Positions 26,275-37,696 of a stretch of 64,000 nt of DNA are shown piece after piece. The first letter of the stretch is position 1; each line of letters starts with the position of its first letter. This DNA comes from Eledone cirrhosa (Eukaryota): NCBI GenBank assembly GCA_964016885.1, contig OZ024755.1, positions 9,982,001 through 10,046,000 on the forward strand. The letters run 5' to 3'. A model generated the notes under the pieces. The model was not told where the DNA came from. It did no database searches and saw only the letters and a program-made list of their open reading frames with translations. Position numbers and translations under genes: made by a program.

Positions 26275-29200
26275 GCTTCAAACCTGTTTTCACAAAACAA
26301 CCATGTGATCAGTATAAACCAAACCTGGTGAGTTACAGCAACTTCAAATCTCGAACTTTTAAGTCACAACAACCCCAGAGTGGGGAAAAGCTAAGGCATC
26401 AAATTCCTGGAGATAATCTAGTTGGTCGTAAACGTAAACATCCGACAAAGCCAGGCCGTCACATATGTCATTTTTGTGGTCTTGGATGTGCCAAACCAAG
26501 TGTGCTTGAAAAACACATCCGATCACACACTGGAGAGAGGCCATATCCCTGTGTGGCCTGTGGTGTCTGCTTCAAAACTAAAAGTAATTTGTACAAACAT
26601 AACAAATCCCGATCCCATGCTGTAAAAGCTGGTCTCGGTCAAATTCCTACGAGTACATCATCTGAATTGCCAAATACTGAAGGTGATGGTGATAATGAAG
26701 ATGCTAATGAAAGCGAAGAAACTCAAACAGAAACTAGTGATACAGATGGAGAGAATGAAGAGAAACAGATGAAGCATATCAGAAAAGAAAAATATTTGTT
26801 AGAAACAGATCTATTACGATTAAAACGAGGCTACTCAGAACCTGATGCAAAAATACGTATGGAAGAATTTCAAGAGAAGAAGTCAACATCTTTAACAGAA
26901 ACTTGTTTTTTAGGGGATCAGTTTGTCAATGTTATGAAGATGATGAGTGGGAACTGCAACATGACTAACACGGCGCCATCTGTAAATACTCATGGGGAGA
27001 TAAGCAAGAGTTCATCTATGGAATTACATACTGACAGTCAAGTTCATCATTCTGGCAACTTAGTTGGTAAATCTAAACTATCTCTTTCAAGTATGACTGG
27101 ACATACACCTGTTTATTTACCAGATAAACGCTTCTTTGATGTTCCTCAGGTATCTAAATTGCCAGAAACCAGTTTAAATGAAGAATCTAAAGAAGATATT
27201 TTAGTACCAGCTGCAGCAGATAATGTAGTTTCTGGAGGCTTACAGAGTTCCCATGCTAATGAGCCAGTTAAATCATTCAGCCTTCCTGAAAAACAAACTG
27301 TCACTTCCAAAGACCATGTGCCACCATCATTGTCTTTACAGACTTTACATAGCAGCCAATCCCAGGAGAAATCATCAGCACCACATCCCATCAATAAGAG
27401 CAGTGAAGAGACAAAGACGATAAGTTCTCTCAGCATCACAGGATCCACACCTACAGATAAAAAAAGGCTTGAGGAGCATATTTTACAGATCATATCTAAA
27501 AATGACACCATTGTGAACACTCCAATGTCTGAGCCACCACGCCAGAAACGGATTTTCCGTCAACACAGTGACCAACCAAATAATTCAGGCTCCAAGCTAG
27601 AAGAGTTGCCTCAGTCAGCACCTATGTCTAAAGTGGCAATACCCAGTATTTTTTCAATTCCTTTGAATCCAATACCTGATGACAGTGATACAAATAAAGA
27701 TATATGTCTCAGTCCACAACCAAATTTCCCTCTTATTTCTGAAAAGAAGGAAATCTTAAATCCCAAACTCCCAGAATTATATTCATCTTCATCTAAGATG
27801 GAAAATTTCAATGAAAAGCTTTCTTCCCCCAACATTTCTTCTGGCCTTCAAGGAAGCCAAGAGATTACAATTGAAATTAAATTACCCAAAACTGGATCTA
27901 ATGTTGTCACAATAGCCACACCATCGCAGTCAATTATTGGTAAACCTAATATGCAGTTTTCCCCTACATCTGTTGTTACTACAGTTGTAAACTCTTCATC
28001 TTTTGTGAAAACGTCTGAAAATAGTGTTATTAAAGACCTTCTCTTGAAAGGTAAAACTTCTTCTTTGACTTCTCCAGCTCCTCCAAGCAGGGCCATGAAG
28101 GAAAAATCAAGCAGTGTTGATGAAATAACAACAATGAAAAATGACTCAACATTCATTTCTTTCCAGCGCGAAGATATTGGCACTTATTCTCTATCAAATG
28201 TGTCTTCACAACTACAAAAATTTCGACAGTCAAAAAGTAGTTCATCTTCTACAAGCTTAGATTCTCATATTTCGCCTATCACGATAACAGAGAGAAGACC
28301 AGACAGACCGGCTCTAGTGAAATGCAGCTCTTTTGAGAAGGATGTACCGCCTGGATATCTGTCACACAGTTTTTCAAGTGATCGGGAAAGTTCAAATGAT
28401 GTTGATCTTGAAAAAGGGGAATGGTTAAAAGATGATAAACTTGATCCAAACAATTTATTATTCAACTCTGAAAATTATGACTTAGTGGCACCAAAAAAGA
28501 AAGGCAGGCCAAGAGGCTCCAAAAACAAACCAAAGATGATGAACGCAACAGTTTCAGGGCAAGGTTTATCTTCTGCTACTTTAACTACATCTTCAAGTTC
28601 ATTACAGCAAAATTCTATTTTAATGGCTACCCTGAAACAACAGTCAATACAACAACCAAACACAGAACCACCTTGTGATTTTCCTTCTTGGAAGTTGAAA
28701 TTGAAAAATAAGCTTATAAAGAGATCTATGAGTACAGAGAGAATGATATCACAAGATTCTGATTCCTTCTCTGCACAATCTACTATAAGTTCATCTCCCA
28801 GCACAGAAAGTTCTAGTAGCCATGGACCTGTGCGAGCTTCATCATTCGAAATGTTAAAACAACCTAGTGACAGTGAACGGAATGAAAGAAACTCACCTTT
28901 AAAGAAACGGAAAATTCCAATTAAATTTCTATCTGATCCTATTTCGAAACCTGGAGTAAGTCGGGCTGGATCGGAACCATCAATGTCACAAATGGGACTA
29001 AATGATGCTCAAACTGCTTCTTCAAAATCTTTGTCTGAAAAACGTCTTAGCAGTCTACCCGAAACATTTGAGTATAAATATTCTTCTCGTCAAGTAACAA
29101 GCTCTTCAACTAATCCATTTTGTTTGGGCCCTGTCACAGTACCTGTTGTTGTTGCACAACCAGTTGTTATGCCAATGAAGTTCTCTGATTCTATTCAAAG

Positions 29201-30655
29201 TGCTGTGCCTGCTCATGTTCCTGTCACTTCAGGGTGGAGTAAGTTGAACAAAGTTGCTTTATCAACACACTGTGATATCCAGTTGTCTTTGCCAGCTATT
29301 CCAGCTGCTTCAACTTCAGTGACAGGTAAACAAATTCTACAGTTGCCACTGGTAACAGGTCTAATTGTTTCCAAACTTCCAAAAGACAGCAATAAAATAG
29401 AAGCCAAGAATTTGGCAGGAGAATTTCCAGTGTTAAATACTTCCAAAGAACCATCTACAAGTGTTAGTAGTAGCACTGAGATTGTTAGTTTAAGTGAAAC
29501 ATATTCACAACCAGTAGCTGTCACTTCTATTGTAGCTCCTATATCTTCTTGTCCAGCTTCACTTCTTTCTGGAGACTCTGCCCCAACGTTTCCAAAAGAA
29601 GTCTCAACTGTGTCTACAACTGTATGCAGTACCTCAAAGCAGCAATCTGTCACATCATTGCGAAGTTTAACCCAAACTACATTTTGTTGTGTTCAACGTT
29701 TGCAGCCCATGTATGTCCCACAAGGTGATAATCAGAAAATTTCGATGTATTCCAATTGGAGGGTTTCAAAGCATACTCCCCATCCAAGCAATCTGACACC
29801 TCAAATGTTCTTATTTCTATACAACTCTAAGAACACAAGTGATCCTATCTATTCCATAGCAAAGAATAAATATACTGAAACAAATGTGACTGAGAGTTCT
29901 GAATGGAATTTGTATTCCAAACAAAAACTTCTGCCGATGAGCTCTTCTGTTGTAGAGAAACTATCCAATGGAGTGATAACCATTGATACAACCATGGCCA
30001 CTGAAGTAGTCAAATTACCAACAGATATAACAGTATCTGACAAGAAAGATATTGGTTTACTGCTACAAGCAGAAAATAAAGTTGATTCTGTACTAAATAG
30101 TACTGGTACAAAAGAACCTTCTTCAACCAAAGAACCGAAACGGGTTCGGATATTTCAAGGTGGTTTTCGTTCTACTGAAGAGTACACATATATTCGTGGA
30201 AGAGGACGAGGGAAATATGTATGTGAGGAATGTGGCATTCGCTGTAAGAAACCAAGTATGCTGAAAAAACATATTCGCACTCACACTGACTTGCGACCAT
30301 ACCACTGTAGGCATTGTTCGTTTTCTTTCAAGACTAAAGGTAACTTGACTAAACATATGAAGTCAAAAGCTCACCAAAAGAAATGTTTGGAGCTTGGTAT
30401 TGATCCTGTACCTATTATAGTTGATGAATCCCAAATTGACTCCGAAGCTTTAGCTGCTCAGAGTGCTATAGCCAAAGAGACTAAAAGTTTGGACGATGAA
30501 AATGAAGATGATGAAGAAGATGATGATGATATAGATGACGAAGAAGAAACTGACGATGCTGATGGCCAGTTTTCGGATTCTGAAGAAAGTGCCAGGACAA
30601 GCTTTGAACGAATGGACACCAATGAGACTGTAGAATCATCGATTGACAGAGAAAG
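26275..30655 (+). CDS. HIVEP/shn: Giant exon D (4381 nt): ZAS-N finger pair (26466-26618), AT-hook (28491-28532), ZAS-C finger pair (30222-30374), acidic tract
   Basis: 1443-aa ORF with diagnostic HIVEP/Shn fingers and the RVRIFQGGFRSTEEYTYIRGRGRG motif. Acceptor ttttacactttag, donor AG|gtaaat; phase 1-2. Confidence 0.96.
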
Positions 30656-31185
30656 GTAAATATAAATATATCTAACCCTTTCATGACTGTATTTCTAATG
30701 AAATACATTCTTTTCTAATTAATTAACAAAGAATTTTGAGGGATTTACTAAAATTATTAATTAATTCATTACTAAGATAGTAACTTAATGTCTTGCTTAT
30801 TATGTGGCTCCATGTACAGGATGTTAAGAATTAATGTGGTATAATCATATTGGTGATTTAACCCATTAGCATTTAAACTGGCCGTATCTGGCCAGAATTC
30901 TCTAACCTCTTTCTGTTCAAACCAGCCATAACTGGCTGCTCATATTGATGTTAAGGTATTGTTCTCAAAATATATAACATCAAAATCTCGTAGATTAGAT
31001 ATTATGTGAGATAATTATGTGTGAGAAAGTGTTTACCGTGAAAATACAATAGTAAATATAGAGTAATGTAAATGCTAAAGGGTAGATTTTCTTTAGAATG
31101 TCTTGCTCATTATATGATTTCATGTAGTACAGGATGTTAAGAGTTAATGTTCTGATAACACGTTTTTTTATCCATATTCCCACAG

Positions 31186-31314
31186 TGATTGTGGCGTGCC
31201 AACACGTTCTTCAAGCCTGGATGTTGTTGAAACAAACCGAATATCAGAAGTGAATTCCTATAAGTTTTCAGAACTTGAACTTACTAGTGGTTCAGAAATT
31301 ATGGCAGCATCAAG
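31186..31314 (+). CDS. HIVEP/shn: Predicted exon E (129 nt, DCGVPTRSSSLDVVE...IMAAS)
   Basis: Acceptor tttttttatccatattcccacag, donor gttagt at 31315; phase 2-2, open frame. Confidence 0.78.
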
Positions 31315-31380
31315 GTTAGTCTTCTCTTTCATGTAGCTTTACTCTCTCTCTCTCCCTAATATATATATATTTATTATATT

Positions 31381-31516
31381 GAGAAAGAAACTGGGTATAA
31401 GAGGGATAAGTTGTGGTGTGCAGGAGAGAAGGCTGAGATGGTATGGACATGTGATGCACATGGAGGATGACTGCTGAGTAAAGAAGTGCCAAGAAATCCC
31501 AGTAGAAGGAAGACGC
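31381..31516 (+). mobile_element. Short RTE LINE fragment (same region as the 7.8-8.1 kb copy)
   Basis: Translates RKKLGIRGISCGVQERRLRWYGHVMHMEDDC*VKKC with an in-frame stop. Confidence 0.8.
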
Positions 31517-31689
31517 AGTAGCTCTGATGTTGGGTTTGAACAGTTTTTAGGATTCCCCAGTCCAGCAGCCAGTACGTTAAAGAAAATTGATAGTTACAAC
31601 AATAAAGGCTGAACAGAGAACAAATGTTTTAACAAACTTTACAATAATTTATACAACCATAATGGAAATTCCAAGTAACAGAAAATACA

Positions 31690-31885
31690 GAAATTAGAGC
31701 CTCAGAGTATACAATATTTTTTGTTTGGCTCTCGGGAGCAAAGATGAAGAGATTGTTTGGCGAGCTCACCCTAAAGCATCCTACATACAATTGACCATGG
31801 GAGAAGCATGGTTTTTCCAGATGAAGGCCAGCCACTTTTAGGGTTTGACCCTGAGCTTTGTTGATGGTAATCGCGAAGCTTAGTC
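31690..31885 (-). mobile_element. Helitron PIF1-like helicase C-terminal fragment
   Basis: FAITINKAQGQTLKVAGLHLEKPCFSHGQLYVGCFRV...TKNIVYSEAL matches the Helitron RepHel helicase motifs V-VI. Confidence 0.88.
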
Positions 31886-32064
31886 TCTCTGTTGCTCCAG
31901 TAACATTTTTTCTTCTGGAAAATCTGATCTTGCGGCCAAGCTGGGACATTTTGGGTGGCATATCAGCAGTAACAATGACGATAAGCCGTCTGTGCTTTCA
32001 TGAAAAAAATATGTTTGTTTATATTTTGTTTTTGTGTATGCAAAAATATCTGTACATGAATATA

Positions 32065-32102
<38 letters not shown>

Positions 32103-32577
32103 TAACAGATTAAAGTTTAAGCAAAGAATTGCTGCTTCTGAAACTAAAAAAATTAATCTGTGAACGCAGAAGTAAATATTTCGAAAAACGTTATTAATTA
32201 AAAGTTGGTTAGAAGCGAAGTCAATGCATACAGGCAGCCAGACAGATATTATAAGCGTGCGACGTTATAGCTATGTATCTAATGCAGAGAGCTAGACATA
32301 CAGAGACATGTCATAAAGGTGCGACGTTATAGCTATGTATCTATCTAAAAAGACAGACTAAGACAGATGGAGAAATGTTGTGTAACCGGAAGTGTTGACA
32401 TTTGAAAATTTTAAAGAATTGAATTTGTAAATAAATGATAAAATATCTTTAATCTTTTAACTAAATTTAGTTGACAAAAATACCCTCACTTTTTTACTTG
32501 GAAAAAGTTACATCTATGGTGCAAATTTAGTGCTGTTTGGTCCAGCAGTTTGGCGAAAAGTTTGTTTTATACATACG

Positions 32578-32720
32578 GCTGACATCCTGTGGGAGCCCCT
32601 GCATGGACACACTGGAAGAAGACCAAGGTTAACGTATGTTGATGCCTGTTGGAGACGCAGGACATGGCAGTGATAATGAGGGACAGAGATCGCTGGAGAG
32701 AACTCGTCCATGGATCTCGG
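32578..32720 (+). mobile_element. Degenerate RTE-type ORF2 C-terminal fragment
   Basis: ILWEPLHGHTGRRPRLTYVD...MRDRDRWRELV pattern read across a frameshift. Confidence 0.6.
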
Positions 32721-32746
32721 GAATTTTACCCGCCCTAGATAGATAG

Positions 32747-32763
32747 ATTATATATATATTATA

Positions 32764-32816
<53 letters not shown>

Positions 32817-33290
32817 ATTATATATATATATTATATATATATATTATATATATATATTATATATATATATTATATAATATATATATTATATAATATATAT
32901 ATATATATAATATATATATATAATATATATATATTATATATATATATTATATATATATATATTATATATTATATATATATATTATATATATATTATATAT
33001 TATATATATATATTATATATATATTATATATTATATATATATATTATATATATTATATATATGTTATATATATATTATATATATATATAATATATATATA
33101 TATATTATATATATATATATTTATGTAATAAACAACATAATTATCTTATGTTGTTTATTACATAACTAATAAGCTCTGTAACCTACATAGAGCACTCTTT
33201 TTTCCTGGACCTTTCCGACGGAATCACTTCATTTATTATATATATATGTTATATATATATGTTATATATATATATATATTATATATATAT
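32747..33290. repeat. TA-rich simple repeat block
   Basis: Directly visible. Confidence 0.95.
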
Positions 33291-33664
33291 TGTCCAGGCA
33301 TGCAGTTTTTAGGTCTAATGGCAGCCCACATTCTAAAATACCTTATCCCATGCAATGCCGGGTACCACTGCTAGTATATATATATATAAAATAAAAGTAA
33401 ACAGATAACAACACAGCAAACAATACAGTACAATGAAGATATATATTAGTTTAATGCTTGATATAGCAGGAAAAGACTTTTAACTTTTCAGATGCTAGTC
33501 CTTCATCAGAAGACAGAATGAGAAATAAAAGAAGAAATAGAAAGATAGAGGAGAAGGACCCCCCCCCCCCCCCCCCCCCACGATTCTAATAATTTATTGG
33601 CATTTTATTTTATGCTTAATTATTCTTATATCCATCTTTTTTCTTCTTACTATCTGTTTTCTAG

Positions 33665-33717
33665 TTTGTCAGCAACACTTTCTAGTGCATCGGTTGCGAT
33701 GATTGGGAATTTCCCTG
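33665..33717 (+). CDS. HIVEP/shn: Predicted exon F (53 nt, LSATLSSASVAMIGNFP)
   Basis: Long pyrimidine tract ending ctag, donor gtaagt at 33718; supplies the phase 2-to-1 change needed between exons E and G. Confidence 0.72.
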
Positions 33718-34665
33718 GTAAGTTAATTGTATTTCTATTTTTTTTCTCTGCCCTCTCAAAGTAGTGAATTGGAAGAATTGTTAGGGCGTTGGATTAGATG
33801 CCTTGGCATTTGTTCTGGCTCTCTGCACTCTGAATTCAAATCCCATGGCTTTTCATCCTTCAGAGGTCAATAAATAAAGTGCCACTCAAGTACTGGGACC
33901 AATTCTTCTTTCAACTTTCTTAATCATTTTCTCTTGTTATCTCTTTCTTTTCTCTTCTGGAAGAAATCAGCTGTATCAGAACTAGAATGGTATATGCTCT
34001 GCCAGGCATAAAAATGGCTAAGACCTTCTCCCCACACACACATGACTCCATCAGAATTTAAGGAACCTCTCTTTACATATTTCCCTGCCCATTCAATCCA
34101 GTATTCAAATGGCTACATTGAAATAATATCTTAAGAAAGAAGGGTATATTTTATCATTGCACCAACACTATCACTTCACAGAATGTATTGAATACATTTT
34201 ATCATAGTACAAGTACTAACATTTTACAGAGTGTACTGGGTGCATTTTAAGAAAGACATAAGAAAAAGACACTGATTAATCAATCAGAATAGGGAGCCTG
34301 TAACCTATTATTATAAAACTTGTGAATAATTGTCTGATAATTTTGATTAGTGGTAGATATTTTTAACTGTTTGTATTCAGAAGGGGGACAATTTTAGAAG
34401 AGTTTCGCTACTTTAAAGTAGTTAATTCCCCTGGATTCCATACAAAAAAGAATTTGGATTTATAAAGAATGATTTTAAGATGCAGCAGCGTTTTAACTTT
34501 TTCATTACCAAATTAATTTTGAAAATAATCAAGAATTTGAAGGGATTTAATATAATTAACTTTCTCATTAGTAAGTTAGTGTTTGGAACATAACTTAACA
34601 AATGTTCTTTTATAAAATTAGGGGATAAAGTTTTATTTCATTGATTCAATTTTTCTATTGATCAG

Positions 34666-34800
34666 GATCAGGAATTGCCAATCAATTACAGATTGATGAG
34701 GTTGCTCGTAGTCTTTTAGATCTATCTCAAAGACAAGTGCAGCCATCTGAAGATTCTGCAAAAGAAGTTTCGACCAGTGTGGTCTCTCATACTAAAACTG
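34666..34800 (+). CDS. HIVEP/shn: Predicted exon G (135 nt, contains EVARSLLDLSQ)
   Basis: Acceptor tttttctattgatcag (alternative cag 6 nt downstream), donor gtgagt at 34801; phase 1-1. Confidence 0.82.
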
Positions 34801-35084
34801 GTGAGTTACTAGTTTTTATATTTAAAAAATAAAGTAATTTAATCTTGATTTAGCAGAAAATATACAAAAACAGGTTTGTCAATTCAAATGTTTGTTGTAT
34901 GTTTACTATTAGACAAATCTTTGTGAAAAATTGCAGTACTAGGGTAAAGGCATTAAATTTTAATTTGAGGACTTATAGTGCTGTTTTGTGCTTTTCAAGA
35001 ATGTCTTACTAGTGTGATTTGATGTGGTACAGGATGTTAAAAGTTCCATAACTGAAAGTATTTTGTTATTTTTTGTTTTCTCAG

Positions 35085-35305
35085 ATACTAATGAAAAAAC
35101 ATTAGTACGGCAGTACAGCTTTGATATGGCTGATTCCCCCGAGAGAGGCCTGAGCAGGTCTCCATCCCAGACAGAACATCTAGAAATTCAAGTATATTCT
35201 GTTGATGAAGGTGAAAATGTTACCTCCTTGGTGAACATGAGAGAGAAGGAAGAGAAGGTTGTGATTTTACAAAGAGAAGCTTCTTCACCTATCAATTTTG
35301 AAAGA
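35085..35305 (+). CDS. HIVEP/shn: Predicted exon H (221 nt, TNEKTLVRQYSFD...PINFER)
   Basis: Acceptor ttttgttttctcag, donor gtaagt at 35306; phase 1-0. Confidence 0.85.
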
Positions 35306-36056
35306 GTAAGTGGTACTTCAGACTGCTGTGAATATATTTTACATTAAACTAAGTCTTCATAACTAAACATTTCACCTTGGTTGGCTTTTAGCATTTTTTT
35401 AATTTTTGTTTTCTTTTTTTTGTTTTCTTTTTTTTTCCTAGCATCAATTAATATTTTATTATTTTAAACATATTTGTACTCTTTTAAACATCTTTATACT
35501 TACTCTCTAATCTTAAATAAGGGATTAGGACAACCTGGAGCAGAGTGGTTACTATGACTGTTCCACACATGCATATTTTAGGTACTTACACCAGTTAGGG
35601 AAGAATACATTGATGATTAATTTTGTTTTGAACCGTTTTCGTTTTTACATTTGAAAAGAGGGTAATAACCCTGAAATATTATGTTGAGATATACTGGGTA
35701 AAAACATTACTTTCTTTTGTTTTATTTGTCATCCTTTGCCCTTTATATATTTCTACTGCATTGTACTGGCTTTCTGAAACTTAGTCATTTATTACATATC
35801 TCACAATGTTCATTTTAACTATAATACTTTACTCTCTCTTAAATATTACTGTACTCTGTCTTAAATGTCTTTGTACTTTTTCTTAAATGTCCTTATACTC
35901 TCTCTTAAATATCATTTATATATATTTATACTCTCTCTTAAATGACTTTGTATTCTCTCTTAAATATATTTATACTCTCTTAAATTACCTTGTATTCTCT
36001 CTTAAATATATTTATACTCTCTCTCTTAAATATATTTCTCCTCTTTCTTGTTTTAG

Positions 36057-37571
36057 AAGGATTTTAAAAGGCAGCAATCTTTAGAAAAAGAAGAGACCAA
36101 CTTATCCAACAGCCAGGCACTGATGACATTAAAGATGGCAACAAAAGGCTCAACTCATTCTTTACCTTCTGCAGTTTCTCTAAAGCCTCCATTAAGTGAA
36201 TCCTCTTCCATTCAGAAGTTTCTTTTTGTCTCTGAAATACCACAGAGTTTACAGACTATTGTAGCCAATGATACTGGACAAACAGCAATAAGCACAGTCT
36301 CATTATCTTTTACAGGAATTCTTCCTGATGGCAATATGGGTCCTCTTGTTGGCCAGGTTTTACAAAATTCAACTAGCACCACACTAAATTCTACTAACAC
36401 TACTATTACTCTTTCTCCACTTATCACACCCTTTCAGTTTCATCACCCTTTCCAAGCATTTGAAAGATCCTCAGCAGATATAAAACCCGAAGAAACAAAT
36501 GTAAAATTAAAGGAGGATACATCAACCACTGTAATCATACCACTGGTAAACAGATCCGGTGATGACCAGTCACCAATATGTAATCCTAAAACTGTTCTGA
36601 TTCCACAAACCTCTTGTGTGCAAACAGCAAATAGTGTTTCTTCGACGAACATTGTCCATGATTCTGATTCCAACAAACATCTGCAACCTCAGCCACTGAT
36701 TGGACAAGTAGTTTTACCCAATCAACAAACACCAAATAATTCTTCCCTTGTGAGTATAATTGTAACTAACCAGGCTTATCAGACTACAGATGGACTAACC
36801 TCTTCCTCTTCTTCACAAAGTCAGAACAAACCTGAAACTGGTTTCCAATCAGTTCACCAAAGTATTCAAACTTCTCTACAGCTACATGGTAATAATGAAC
36901 CATGTATGTCAGAAAACAGGCATATCGAAAGGTCATCACCTTCAAAAGTTGGAATCAATATTCCGATCAATAACATGATTGCCATCAAACCTCCCAACTA
37001 TATTTCTCCAGGATCTCATCAACCTATGACTGTTTTTACTCCAACTAAAATTATCGGTCAAAAATTACACTCGGAACAGCAGTCTTCTACATTTGAAAGA
37101 CATTCACCTGTAATGTTTGTGGATGATATTCCAATGAGGAATTTATATGAACATAAGCTAGCTGAGCACCAAACACCATCTTTCAAGACTCAGCAGCCGA
37201 CAGCAATGATTTCAAATGTACAGTTACCGGTTCATCATATCAGTAGACAATCACCAAAGACACTTGTAGAGAAAAGTCTGTCTCCTATTCCATTCACTGA
37301 CAAATACTCTACAGCTAGACAACACCAAACTGAATTTTGTGCTTCTGTGCAGCCCCATTTAGAAGAATTTTACCCAGTGCAACAAAACTCCGATAACTTT
37401 TCTTCTGTCCAACAACACCAAAGAGAAAGATATTCTCCGATGAGACAGCCAAATATCGAACAGTATTCTGCTCCACAGAACCAAGGAGATAGATATTCAC
37501 CAAACCGACAACTAAATATGGACAGATATTCAAAGCCACAGCAGCAGCATCAGCAGCAGCAACAACACCAC

Positions 37572-37606
<35 letters not shown>

Positions 37607-37610
37607 ACAC

Positions 37611-37642
<32 letters not shown>

Positions 37643-37661
37643 CCACCACCAGCAGCAGCAG

Positions 37662-37696
<35 letters not shown>

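Noticed and set aside
27146-30130. Series of minus-strand ORFs opposite exon D
   Set aside because: Antisense shadows of the real coding frame; no recognisable domains.
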